A stretch of 64,000 nt of DNA. Origin: Bacillota bacterium (GTDB lineage: Bacteria > Bacillota > Dethiobacteria > DTU022). The notes beneath the pieces were generated by a model. That model made no database searches. It saw only the letters and a list, made by a program, of their open reading frames with translations, and was not told the DNA's origin. Shown in pieces: positions 1 to 9,173 of this stretch. The position numbers were made by a program, and so were the translations under genes. Position 1 is the stretch's first letter, and every line of letters begins with the position of its first letter. Location of the stretch: positions 15,699 to 79,698 of the forward strand of contig JAKPEE010000106.1 in assembly GCA_029552125.1 (NCBI GenBank), in the 5' to 3' direction.

Positions 1-129
1 GATCACATCCTGGTCGAAGCGGATCTTGTTTACCAGCGCCTCGTTATTTTCCCTGTCCACTACCGGTTTTTCAAGCAGTTCCTTTAACAGCTCGAGAGAG
101 GTCTCGACTGTCTTCTGGCTGTAATCCAT
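1..129 (-). CDS. Hypothetical protein, first 43 codons only (gene runs off the window start). It may be a MukE/JetB-like partner of the two upstream genes.
   Basis: ATG at 129-127 lies 9 nt after GAAGGAG. It reads MDYSQKTVETSLELLKELLEKPVVDRENNEALVNKIRFDQDVI and stays open to position 1. It is absent from the ORF track only because it is under 60 aa. It overlaps the 3' end of the upstream ORF by 59 nt. Confidence 0.4.
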   Translation of the reverse strand, partial: MDYSQKTVETSLELLKELLEKPVVDRENNEALVNKIRFDQDVI

Positions 130-1729
130 CTTTCCCGCTCCTTCTGATGACCAGGTTTTTGATTTCAATGCCGTGGGGCAGCTTGACGAGGCCCTCACCC
201 GCCTCGATTGTAACCGGTCCGATGGTAGCCAAATCCGGTCTTTTTACAAGTAAGCGGTAAAAGGCATATTCCATCAGGTCCGCGTCGCCGGGCTCATACG
301 GCCAGGGGAGGCCGGCCTCTATTTTCCGGCTCTGATGCAAAAGCATCAGCAGGTGGGTCAAGGCGGCAACTTCAGCTTTTGGACAGGTCTCTAATGCCAG
401 CACCTGCTGGAGCTCTTTTATGGTTACCCTATCGCGGCTGGTAAGCGCCTCTAAAATGCCGGCAAAAAAACGCTGCAGCAGCGCGATAGTATGCCGTTTA
501 CGCTCTTTTTCGGCCTGCTGATATTCTTCCCAGGCGGCCAGGTCCGGCTCGTCCGGTTCAGCTTCCAAAGGTCTCTCTCTTTCCCGGCCCAGCAAGCGCT
601 GCGGGGCCAGGAAAGTTTCAGGCCCCAGCAACCGGGGCGTACGGGGCCGCATGAGGGGGGCAAGGACCGTCTTCTTGAGCGCCTCACCGGGGGCATTGTT
701 TGTTATTACCGCATCGAGAAACTCTTTTTTTAGATGAAAGCGCACCATCAGGCCTGAATAGATGCTTTCCTGAAGAACTTGTCCCACCAGGTTTTCCAGA
801 TCAGCCCGGCTGCTGATTAGCTCCAGGTGGCGCGCGGCAACATGGTTTAAGGCGTTGCTTAACCTGATTATTTTGGCGGTACGGGTTTCAGTATCCGCCC
901 CGGGCGCTTCATTTTCGAGACGCTGCCTGGTTTCCCTGACCAGCTCTTTGAGGTTGTCAAATATGTCCTGTTCCTGCTGCAGCTGTTCTTCCATTCTTTT
1001 CAGCAGTTTGGCATAATCCGCAGAGTTGAGAGACTCGATTACATTACGGCGCACATGTTCCCGCTGCCGTTTGCACTCCTCTTCAATCCCTTCTACAGCC
1101 ACTTCCAGCTCGTTGACCGTCTTCAGCGCTCCATCAAAAACCCCCCGGCGGATTTGCTGATCCAGGTAGAGCTGCATCACCGAAAAGTGCAGGTCGCGGT
1201 AGATTTCCCGGGATTTAAAGAGCAGCTCCAGCCCTTTTTCGGTGAGACGCAGGGCGATGGTGTCCCGGCCTAAGATAGTGAGGGGTCGCTGCTCCAGCAG
1301 CCGAAACTTAACCTGCTGCTCTTCCCCGGTAAAGGGGTTATAGAAGGTATAGACAAAGGGGCTGCCCCTGTTGGTGAGCTCATCGAGAAGCTTGCGCGCT
1401 ATTTGCAGTTCGTCGCTGTCTGCTGTTTCTTCTTTCACCATCCGGGGCAATAAGTTACAGATAAAATCTTCACAGTCTTCGTAAGTGCAGTGGCTGTGAT
1501 GGAGCATTTTTTCCAGCACAAAGAGCAGCAGGCACACTCCCAGCTCAAAACCATGGTAGTTGGCCAGCGACGTTTTCTGCTTCAACTCGTACAGGGGGAA
1601 GAAATCGAACATGGCCGCCAGGCGCTCGCCGTAACCTTCGGAGGGGATGTACTCTAACATTTTTTTCTGAAAGGCGCCGGCGCTGCCGTCTGTTTGCGCC
1701 TCAAACCTTAGTTCCACCTGCCCGCTCAA
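71..1729 (-). CDS. Large coiled-coil protein, possibly a kleisin-like (JetA/MksF-like) subunit; function uncertain.
   Basis: Long ORF (track 71..1849). The likely start is the TTG at 1729, which overlaps the upstream TGA as TTTGA and lies 8 nt after GGGAGTG. The protein has a central heptad-rich, charged segment (ELEVAVEGIEEECKRQREHVRRNV...LQQEQDIFDNLKELVRETRQRLENE) flanked by helical, winged-helix-like ends. The functional call is inferred from architecture and neighbours only. Confidence 0.45.
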   Translation of the reverse strand: MSGQVELRFEAQTDGSAGAFQKKMLEYIPSEGYGERLAAMFDFFPLYELKQKTSLANYHGFELGVCLLLFVLEKMLHHSHCTYEDCEDFICNLLPRMVKEETADSDELQIARKLLDELTNRGSPFVYTFYNPFTGEEQQVKFRLLEQRPLTILGRDTIALRLTEKGLELLFKSREIYRDLHFSVMQLYLDQQIRRGVFDGALKTVNELEVAVEGIEEECKRQREHVRRNVIESLNSADYAKLLKRMEEQLQQEQDIFDNLKELVRETRQRLENEAPGADTETRTAKIIRLSNALNHVAARHLELISSRADLENLVGQVLQESIYSGLMVRFHLKKEFLDAVITNNAPGEALKKTVLAPLMRPRTPRLLGPETFLAPQRLLGRERERPLEAEPDEPDLAAWEEYQQAEKERKRHTIALLQRFFAGILEALTSRDRVTIKELQQVLALETCPKAEVAALTHLLMLLHQSRKIEAGLPWPYEPGDADLMEYAFYRLLVKRPDLATIGPVTIEAGEGLVKLPHGIEIKNLVIRRSGKDGLQPEDSRDLSRAVKGTA

Positions 1730-2814
1730 AGTTCGATCACTCCCACTGCAGCCAGCCTGCTTGCCGAGAGGGCCTCCTGGGGGATCATTTTGCCCTGCAG
1801 CCACAGCTGCAAGATGCTTGTCCTGAGCGCCGGGGAAAAATTCATACAAGAGACACTCATGATGCTAACATCCGTTTCAACTACTGGTTTGGGCAAAGGC
1901 CGGGCCATACCCTGCTTCATTAGCAAGGCGTACAGCGGTTCGGCCAGCTCCAGGTGGAGAACTGCTTTGGCCGGCGCGCTGCCGCTATCATAGTGGTTTA
2001 CTTTTGAGGTCAACCGGAAGTAGATCTTAAATCCTTCCGGGTCAAGGTCGCCGAAATAATAGAGGTTGACCGTTTTGCCGCTCACCCAGGGGATGGATTC
2101 AAGAAAAGACCAGCTCTTGGTGATTTTGTTGCCTTCGCCGTAAATAATCAGATCCAGGGCCGGGGAAAAGCGCAGCAAAGATCTTTCCAGCAGCCGGGAG
2201 ATAGAGGCAAAGGTATCTTTGTTCTCGATAATGAGGCCGTTAATTTCAGGGCTGGCGCCGGCATTTTTGAACTGGCGGTAAAAAAACGGTTCAGCCACTT
2301 TATAGCAATGCAGATCGGTTAAAGTGACCTTGATTTTGCTCAGCAGAGCGGTCCCCTCTGCGGAGGATAAAAACTTTTCGTCGCCGGCGAGGGCCAGGGA
2401 ACGCTCGTTGACCGTGTCCCATACTGCGGGCTCTTTGTTACTGGTTGCAAGCAGATATTTATCAATATTTTGCAGTACTTGCTGATAAGTTTCGAGCTGC
2501 TCAGGATGACGGTGAAAGTAACTAAGATCAATTGAGGATTGAAAGCTGAAAATTTTAGAAGAATACTGCTTATTTCTTTTCAGGCGGTATTTCGCAGCCA
2601 GGGGCGGCACCCGACCGTTTAACCCGGAAGCCTTAAGCGGGACCAGTTCGCCCTCTTGAACCAGCCTGGTAATCTCATGGGCAAAGGTTTCATATGCCCC
2701 GGCCCGCTCCCAGGCCGATTCACCCATTAAAGCGATAACTTTATTTTCAAGATCCCTGCTGCTAATCGTCTTACGGGGATAGTTGGCCATTACTTTTTGT
2801 AAGTATTCTTGCAA
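1726..2814 (-). CDS. Toprim-domain protein of the DUF2220 / JetD (MksG)-like family.
   Basis: The C-terminal half carries the Toprim acidic motifs IIENKDTF (conserved Glu) and YFGDLDPEGFKIY (DxD), as in topo VI-A / JetD. The track ORF is 1726..2862. The best RBS (AAAGAGGG, 6 nt spacer) supports a TTG start at 2814. Confidence 0.6.
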   Translation of the reverse strand: MQEYLQKVMANYPRKTISSRDLENKVIALMGESAWERAGAYETFAHEITRLVQEGELVPLKASGLNGRVPPLAAKYRLKRNKQYSSKIFSFQSSIDLSYFHRHPEQLETYQQVLQNIDKYLLATSNKEPAVWDTVNERSLALAGDEKFLSSAEGTALLSKIKVTLTDLHCYKVAEPFFYRQFKNAGASPEINGLIIENKDTFASISRLLERSLLRFSPALDLIIYGEGNKITKSWSFLESIPWVSGKTVNLYYFGDLDPEGFKIYFRLTSKVNHYDSGSAPAKAVLHLELAEPLYALLMKQGMARPLPKPVVETDVSIMSVSCMNFSPALRTSILQLWLQGKMIPQEALSASRLAAVGVIEL

Positions 2815-2887
2815 CAGTAACCCTCTTTCGGGAAAAGTCTCACCTGGTATCCTGTCATGCAACTTATTAGACGATTAGTTATACTTT

Positions 2888-2922
2888 TCTATTAAATCCC
2901 CCTTTATAAAAGGGGGACTTTC
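2888..2922. repeat. Short palindromic intergenic repeat, copy 1 (TCTATTAAATCCCCCTTT-ATA-AAAGGGGGACTTTC).
   Basis: Perfect CCCCCTTT/AAAGGGGG hairpin. A near-identical copy with the same 5' flank TCTATTAAAT lies at 19014-19047. Confidence 0.7.
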
Positions 2923-3116
2923 TGCTGGTCAGTTAGCCAGATAGACATAATAGTCTCCAAGGGCCTGGAAGGCTGGTGGTTCCTAAAACCTGGATCTAAC
3001 CTTATTTTACAAAAAATTACGCCAAGTTACAACCAACAAGAATTATAACATAATTGTTCGGCGTGGCTCTGCCGCCGGGATATTTTTTTAACATGCTTTC
3101 AGGGCTGTTTTGAGCA

Positions 3117-3161
3117 TAAAAAGGCCGGCCTAGAAGTGAAGTTCAAACTTTTAGGCCGGCC
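3117..3161 (-). terminator. Rho-independent terminator of the ABC transporter operon.
   Basis: On the minus strand: GGCCGGCCTA, a 19-nt loop, TAGGCCGGCC, then TTTTTAT. It starts 14 nt after the stop at 3175. Confidence 0.85.
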
Positions 3162-3174
3162 GGTTAAAACTCGA

Positions 3175-4389
3175 CTATCTCTCGTTCCACGCAGGCACAG
3201 GGAAAACAGGTTCAGATGTGGCCAGTTCACCTGGAGCGACTACTTCTTGCTTTCCATCTTGCCACTGCATGAGCACCTGGTAATCGAAGCCGGCGTGCGG
3301 TGAAACTCTGCTTTGATGGAATTGCAGGTTGCCCAGAGGTGTATCCCAGGAGCCGTTTTCCAGGGCCGTAATGATGGCGTCTTTATCGGTGCTTCCGGCC
3401 TCATTAATCGCATCGGCCATGGTTATCAAGTTGACATAAGCCATAACGGCCCAGTAAGTCTTCGGCGGCTGGCCTACAACCGCGGTGTAGTCTTCCACGA
3501 ATTTCTCCGTTTCCGGGGTGGGAACGGTCGGGCTCCACATGCCGAGGGCAGTCATGTACTCGCCTTCAGGGAGATCGCCAAAGCCGTCAGGCCAGCCCGG
3601 TGTATAGCCCACCGTCAGTTTCGGGCTGTAATCGACTTCTTTCATTTGCGTAGCCATGGTTGTCGCATCTGCCGGATAACCGATCCAGATGAAATAATCA
3701 TGTTCAATGTTTTTGGCCTGGGTGAGCACGGAACTTAAATCGGCTCTTCCGCTTTTAAACGGTAGAGATTTAACCAATTCGAAGCCCTGCGGCACCAATA
3801 TTTCTTTGAACATCTCAACGTTGCTTGTGCCGAATATTCCGTCTTCATAAGCCAGGAGCAGTTTGCCGGGACCGCCGACCTCGATCAAAGCTTCTCCCAG
3901 GGATCTCACGTTATCATATTCCCAGGGGTGATAATGGAAAAACCATTTGGCATCACCGAAGGCCTCTTCAACTGATACGGAGGCTCCTCCGGTACAGCCG
4001 AAAATGGGTTCATAGCGAGACATCGGTTCTGCCAGAGCCACGTCAACAGTGCTTGAGATTGTCCCGAGGATAATTTCCGTGTTGTCCCGGGTGATCAGTT
4101 TCTCCAGGGCAGCTACTGATGTGGCCGGATCCCCTTTGCCGTCTTCAAAAATCAGCTCTATTTTCTTGCCGCCTAAAATCCAACCGTTCGCTTCGATCTC
4201 ATTCAAAGCAGTTAAGTAGCCGTTGCGCATCTGCTGCCCGGAATCTGCTGACGGCCCGGAAAGCGGTATAATGATCCCGATCTTAACAGGCTCCTCCTCC
4301 GCACCCTGCTCGCCCGGCTCCCCGGCACAGCCTGCCAGTAATGTTAACATACAAACAATCGACAGCACTGCTACCCAAAACTTCTTCAC
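3175..4389 (-). CDS. ABC transporter substrate-binding lipoprotein of the Leu/Ile/Val-binding (LivK-like, type 1 PBP) family.
   Basis: Signal peptide plus lipobox LLAGCAG, with the typical PBP1 layout. A GTG start at 4389 follows GGAGGG. It is the last gene of the liv-like operon. Confidence 0.8.
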   Translation of the reverse strand: MKKFWVAVLSIVCMLTLLAGCAGEPGEQGAEEEPVKIGIIIPLSGPSADSGQQMRNGYLTALNEIEANGWILGGKKIELIFEDGKGDPATSVAALEKLITRDNTEIILGTISSTVDVALAEPMSRYEPIFGCTGGASVSVEEAFGDAKWFFHYHPWEYDNVRSLGEALIEVGGPGKLLLAYEDGIFGTSNVEMFKEILVPQGFELVKSLPFKSGRADLSSVLTQAKNIEHDYFIWIGYPADATTMATQMKEVDYSPKLTVGYTPGWPDGFGDLPEGEYMTALGMWSPTVPTPETEKFVEDYTAVVGQPPKTYWAVMAYVNLITMADAINEAGSTDKDAIITALENGSWDTPLGNLQFHQSRVSPHAGFDYQVLMQWQDGKQEVVAPGELATSEPVFPVPAWNER

Positions 4390-4426
4390 TTTTGTCCCTC
4401 CTTCAATGAACATGTATTTAAAATAT

Positions 4427-5146
4427 TTACACCGCCAGATAAGCCCTTTTAACTTCCTCGTTTTCCATTAACTCCGCACTTGTCCCCTGGGCGACAATAT
4501 GACCGTTTTCTATGACATAACCCCGCTCTGCCAGCTTTAAACTTCGCCGCACATCCTGTTCGACCAGAAAAATAGCTACGCCATTTTCCCTCACCTCCCT
4601 TAATGCTTTAAAAACGTTATCCACCACGGCCGGCGCCAATCCCATGGAAGGTTCATCGACCAGTAAAAGGGATGGACGGGTCATTAATGCCCTGGCGATA
4701 GCCAGCATCTGTTGTTCACCGCCAGATAGTGTCCCGGCCAGCTGATTGGCTCTCTCCGTAAGAATGGGGAATAAGTTGTAAACATAATCCATCGTTTCCT
4801 CTTTTTTTTGCCAGGCCTCCGGTGAACAGTTTGCTCCCACCTCCAGGTTTTCGCGCACGGTCATTAAACCAAAAAGATTTCTGCCTTCCGGCACATGGGT
4901 CATCCCAAACCTGGCTATGCGGGCCGGCAGCCAGCTGGTAATCGTAACACCTTGAAATTTTATTTCACCCTTCATCGGCTTCTCCAGCCCCGAGAGCAAT
5001 CTCAAGGTGGTCGTTTTGCCGGCACCATTTGCACCGATCAGGCAAACGATCTCTCCGGCCCGGACGGTTAAATTCAGGTTCCAGATCACCTGCAGTGCCC
5101 CGTAGCCTCCCGACAGGTTGTTAACTTCCAATATGGGGGTATTCAT
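4427..5146 (-). CDS. Branched-chain-type ABC transporter ATP-binding protein (LivF-like).
   Basis: Walker A GANGAGKTT, signature LSGGEQQ, Walker B LLLVDEP. Confidence 0.85.
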   Translation of the reverse strand: MNTPILEVNNLSGGYGALQVIWNLNLTVRAGEIVCLIGANGAGKTTTLRLLSGLEKPMKGEIKFQGVTITSWLPARIARFGMTHVPEGRNLFGLMTVRENLEVGANCSPEAWQKKEETMDYVYNLFPILTERANQLAGTLSGGEQQMLAIARALMTRPSLLLVDEPSMGLAPAVVDNVFKALREVRENGVAIFLVEQDVRRSLKLAERGYVIENGHIVAQGTSAELMENEEVKRAYLAV

Positions 5147-5880
5147 TGCGCCACCGTCTCCTCTTGCCCTAAATAAGCTTCAATGACCCTCTCATCACCG
5201 GTCACATCTTCATAGCAGCCTTCGCACAGCTTTTGCCCATAATTCATGACGATTACCCTTTGACACAACTCGCGGACCACGCGCATAACATGCTCAACAA
5301 GAATCACGGTAATCCCTTCGCGGTTGATGCCCTTAATCAGATCCAGTATTTTATCGCATTCACCCGGCAAAAGGCCGGCCATCATCTCGTCCAGCAGCAA
5401 TAACCTGGGCCTGGTAGCCAGGGCCCGCGCTATTTCCAGCAGCTTCAAATCGGGGGTAGTGAGCTGTGCCGGATAAAGATCTTTTTTCGAAGAAAGATTG
5501 ACCTTGGCCAGCACTTCTTCGCTATATTTTTTTACTTTCCCGGGATGGACAGGCTTGCTATGGCCAAAGACTGCCGCAACAGCGACATTGCCCAGTACTG
5601 TCAGCTCTTTAAAGGGCTGGCAGATTTGAAAAGTGCGCCCTATGCCCATGTGACAGCGTTTATGCGGGGCCAGAAGGGTAATATCTTCACCCAAAAAAAC
5701 AATGCGCCCGGCATCTACAGGTATTAACCCGCAGAGCAGATTAAAAACGGTTGACTTGCCGGCTCCATTGGGGCCAATAATGCCAAGAATTTCGCCCTCC
5801 TGGACGGAAAAGGAGAGGCCGTCGACAGCCTTAACGCCGCCAAAGTTTTTTCTGGCGTTTTCTATTTTAAGAATTTCCAC
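5143..5880 (-). CDS. Branched-chain-type ABC transporter ATP-binding protein (LivG-like).
   Basis: Walker A GPNGAGKST and Walker B LLLLDE. There is a 4-nt overlap with the downstream ATPase gene. Confidence 0.85.
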   Translation of the reverse strand: MEILKIENARKNFGGVKAVDGLSFSVQEGEILGIIGPNGAGKSTVFNLLCGLIPVDAGRIVFLGEDITLLAPHKRCHMGIGRTFQICQPFKELTVLGNVAVAAVFGHSKPVHPGKVKKYSEEVLAKVNLSSKKDLYPAQLTTPDLKLLEIARALATRPRLLLLDEMMAGLLPGECDKILDLIKGINREGITVILVEHVMRVVRELCQRVIVMNYGQKLCEGCYEDVTGDERVIEAYLGQEETVAQ

Positions 5881-6782
5881 TTGTTTTGCACCCCCACGAG
5901 GCCTTTGGGTAAAAAGAGTATTCCGGCAACCAGGAGTAAGCCGTAAATAATCATGTACCCATAAGGAATGGTTACCCGCATATACTCTTCAATGATTTTC
6001 AAAACAATGGCGCCGAGGACGGGGCCCACCGTAGAGTAAAGCCCCCCCAAAACAGCCATGACCATGCTGGCTACACCGATATTCAGGTTAAAAGCTTCAT
6101 AAGGAATGGTGGTGGTAGTGTAATGCACATAAAACGCTCCCGCCAGGCAAGAAAAAATGGCACTGAGGGTAAAGGAGGACAGGCGATAGCGGACCGTGTT
6201 TACACCTAAAACTGAGGCCACGCTCGGGCTTGTGCGCATGGCGCTGAAAGCTAAATGAAAATGCGATCTTTCCAGGTAGAGGGAGACAACAACGGCCAGG
6301 GCCAGAATACCGAGTATTAATCCATAGCAGTAAACCCGCATCCCCCCGAATAGGCTCGGCACACTGATACCCATGGCTCCTCCCGTTACTTTTGGCAGTT
6401 GCAGCGCCACCACCAGGAGGACCTCGCTAAAGGCCAGGGAAGCAATGGCAAAATAGATACCCGAGAGGCGCAGCGTGAGGTAGCCCAGGGCGATGGCTAC
6501 CACGATGGTGAGTAAAACAGCCACCGTAAAGCTCAAATACAGGGGAAAATCTAATTTTAAAAAAGTTACCGCGCTGGTATAAGCGCCCAGCCCAAAAAAA
6601 CCGGTGTGGGCAAAGGAAACCAGCTCGGCCCGCGCGGCAAAATCCCAGCTTAAAGCCAGAACAGCATACATTAAGGTTAAGATGGCCAGATGGCGATAAT
6701 ATTCGCCCGTGATAAAGGGAAATATGACCGCCAGGATAGCGGCAGCAGCAACCAGTATGTATTTCAGGCTATATTTTTTCAT
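5862..6782 (-). CDS. Branched-chain-type ABC transporter permease (LivM-like).
   Basis: Polytopic hydrophobic protein located between the LivH-like and LivG-like genes, with overlapping junctions. Confidence 0.8.
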   Translation of the reverse strand: MKKYSLKYILVAAAAILAVIFPFITGEYYRHLAILTLMYAVLALSWDFAARAELVSFAHTGFFGLGAYTSAVTFLKLDFPLYLSFTVAVLLTIVVAIALGYLTLRLSGIYFAIASLAFSEVLLVVALQLPKVTGGAMGISVPSLFGGMRVYCYGLILGILALAVVVSLYLERSHFHLAFSAMRTSPSVASVLGVNTVRYRLSSFTLSAIFSCLAGAFYVHYTTTTIPYEAFNLNIGVASMVMAVLGGLYSTVGPVLGAIVLKIIEEYMRVTIPYGYMIIYGLLLVAGILFLPKGLVGVQNKWKFLK

Positions 6783-7666
6783 ATTGTCCTCACCCTGCTT
6801 TGCCTTACTACTAGCCCCCCGAGGATCATTAAAAAGAAAATTGCTCCCGACCAGCCTGTGCCGTTAGGCAGGAAGACCCCAATAAAAGATTCGGTAATGC
6901 CCAGGAGCAGGCTGGCCCAGATCACGCCATAGACATTACCAAGCCCGGCCATCACCACTACGGCCAGGCCTTTTAAGGTAAAATTAAAACCCACCATGGG
7001 CTCGGCCTGGAAGATGATACTCAGCATCATGCCGGCCACGGAGGCAAAGCCGACGGCAATGCCCAGGGCGATTAAATAAACTGACTCTGAATCGATCCCC
7101 ACCAGGGCGGCGCCTTCGGGCTCCTGGCTTACCGCCCTGATGGACCTTCCCACGCGGGTGCGCTGAAGAACCTGGTACAACAGCACCAGCAGCACAATGG
7201 AAAGCAAAAGAATGAATAAGCGGGCCGTGCCGAAATTGATGCCCCAAAAACTGATGGTATGGGTGCGGTAGGGCACCGAAATAGTGCGAATCGTTCCGCC
7301 GAAGATTAACAGGGCAAGGTTTTGCAGGAATATGGAAATACCGAAGGTTAACAGGAGCTGGTTTAGTTCGCCTGCCTTAAGGACCGGTTTCACCAGGGCC
7401 TTGTAATAGGCGGCACCCAGGATAAAGAAGAGAATAAAAACCACAGGGGTCATTAATAAAGGGTCAAGGCCGTAAGTGCTAAAAACAATAATGCCGAAAT
7501 AGGCTGCCAGCATTAAAAATTCGCCATGGGCCAGGTTGAGGAATTTAACTACCCCAAACGCCAGCGCCAATCCGCTTGCAGCCAGGGCGTAGATGCCCGA
7601 GACCAGTATGCCGTTAACTAAAGCCTGGCCAAACAACTGCCCAGCGTACACCATTTCCCCTCCCAT
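6779..7666 (-). CDS. Branched-chain-type ABC transporter permease (LivH-like).
   Basis: Polytopic membrane protein with an N-terminus typical of LivH (LFGQALVNGILVSGIYALAASGLAL). The exact start is uncertain (7666 or 7654). Confidence 0.8.
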   Translation of the reverse strand: MGGEMVYAGQLFGQALVNGILVSGIYALAASGLALAFGVVKFLNLAHGEFLMLAAYFGIIVFSTYGLDPLLMTPVVFILFFILGAAYYKALVKPVLKAGELNQLLLTFGISIFLQNLALLIFGGTIRTISVPYRTHTISFWGINFGTARLFILLLSIVLLVLLYQVLQRTRVGRSIRAVSQEPEGAALVGIDSESVYLIALGIAVGFASVAGMMLSIIFQAEPMVGFNFTLKGLAVVVMAGLGNVYGVIWASLLLGITESFIGVFLPNGTGWSGAIFFLMILGGLVVRQSRVRTI

Positions 7667-7695
7667 CTAAGGCATTGGATCAATTGGTTTTACCG

Positions 7696-8094
7696 TTAAA
7701 TTTTGACAAGGGCTTCGCCATTTAATACAATTTTTCCGTCCTGGTTTTTACAGGTAGTGCTTAAGCGCAACCTCCTTTTAGCCTCAATGATTTCTATAAC
7801 TTCTACTTCAGCCTCAATGGTATCGCCAATTCTAACCGGGGCCAGAAAACGCAGGGTTTGTTCGAGATAGATACAACCGGGGCCCGGCAACTTATTGCCA
7901 AGAACGTTGCTGATGAGAGCAGCACTGAAAATGCCGTGCGCTATCCGGCCGCCGAAAATAGTAGTTTTAGCATATTCTTCATCGACATGGATCGGATTGT
8001 AATCACCCGTAATGCCGGCAAAGTTAACAATATCTGCTTCTGTGATGGTTCTTCTTACAGAAGCGCGGTCTCCAACCCGGTAATTCATCTGCAT
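7696..8094 (-). CDS. MaoC-like (R)-specific enoyl-CoA hydratase / hot-dog fold dehydratase.
   Basis: 132 aa with the motif FAGITGDYNPIHVDEEYAKTTIFGGRIAHG, a MaoC hydratase signature. Confidence 0.8.
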   Translation of the reverse strand: MQMNYRVGDRASVRRTITEADIVNFAGITGDYNPIHVDEEYAKTTIFGGRIAHGIFSAALISNVLGNKLPGPGCIYLEQTLRFLAPVRIGDTIEAEVEVIEIIEAKRRLRLSTTCKNQDGKIVLNGEALVKI

Positions 8095-9107
8095 TCACCC
8101 CACAGGAGGGCAGTAGCTGCCCAGGTATAGCCGGTACCGGCGCCAAACATAACCACGAGGTCCCCGTCTTTTAAGCGCCCCAATTTTGATCCTTCAACCA
8201 GGGCGATATATGCATCTGCAGATTGACAGTGACCATAATGATCCAGAATATAAGATTGATCCTCGGTTAAATTGAAATGGGACAGTATTTTAAGCAGTAT
8301 CGAACGTTTCATGAAAATGGGGGCGATAAAATCAATATCTTGCGGATCATAGCCGCTTTTTTGGGCTGCCTGCTCAATGACAGTGATAAAATTATCCAGG
8401 GTAATGGGATCAAGCCTTTCTTTCATGGAAAGGGGGTCTTGAACATCCAGGTTCCGTAAATCGTAATTCAGGGTGGGGTAGCGGTAATAATTACGGGAGC
8501 CCACTCCGTAGACAGCAACATCATCCGCAAATTCTGCTCTTGTAATCATGGAACTTTCCAAAATTTTATTTCTATTGATGCCTTTAATTAACAAGGCAGC
8601 TGCTGCTCCATCACCAAAGTTAAACATAAACCGGGCCCTTTGATTTTTAAGATCAATCAGATCGGCCTCCTTGGAGGAAGTGACCAGCAATACTCTATTG
8701 AGGTCGGGGTCCTGCAGCATCATGCTTTTTACAACTTTCAGGGACCAGACTCCCGCGGAACACAAGGAATGTATCTCAAAGGCGTTGGAGCTGGTAGCGC
8801 CGATCTCATGCTGAATTTTGGCCGCCAGGTTATGCAGGTAATAATCTTTATACTCGCTGCCACAGTAAACGACGAGATCCAGGTCACGGGGGTCAAAATC
8901 CTGTAAAGCGTCCAGGGCCGCTTTAACCGCCATATGGGATACATGCTCGTCCGGCCCGGCCTTATGTTTCTGTTTTATGCCAAATTTTTGTTCTATGACC
9001 TCCAGCGGGATGCCCGATTTTTCAGCTATAAAAGCGCTATCCTGAATACCCGGCGGTACATATATTCCGATATTTTCAATACCGACTGTCATCGTCTCTT
9101 TTGCCAT
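8085..9107 (-). CDS. KASIII (FabH)-like thiolase-fold enzyme lacking the condensing His/Asn; possibly a DpsC/CerJ-type acyltransferase.
   Basis: The active-site Cys context HSLCSAG is present. The FabH HQAN motif is replaced by APIFMKRS, and the GNTSAAS motif is replaced by GHCQSAD (His-x4-Asp). An ATG start at 9107 lies 9 nt after AAGGGAG. Confidence 0.6.
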   Translation of the reverse strand: MAKETMTVGIENIGIYVPPGIQDSAFIAEKSGIPLEVIEQKFGIKQKHKAGPDEHVSHMAVKAALDALQDFDPRDLDLVVYCGSEYKDYYLHNLAAKIQHEIGATSSNAFEIHSLCSAGVWSLKVVKSMMLQDPDLNRVLLVTSSKEADLIDLKNQRARFMFNFGDGAAAALLIKGINRNKILESSMITRAEFADDVAVYGVGSRNYYRYPTLNYDLRNLDVQDPLSMKERLDPITLDNFITVIEQAAQKSGYDPQDIDFIAPIFMKRSILLKILSHFNLTEDQSYILDHYGHCQSADAYIALVEGSKLGRLKDGDLVVMFGAGTGYTWAATALLWGECR

Positions 9108-9173
9108 TGCCAATTACTCCCTTTAAGCTCTACGCAATTTATAGTAAACACTGGAACAGAAACAAATATTGGT

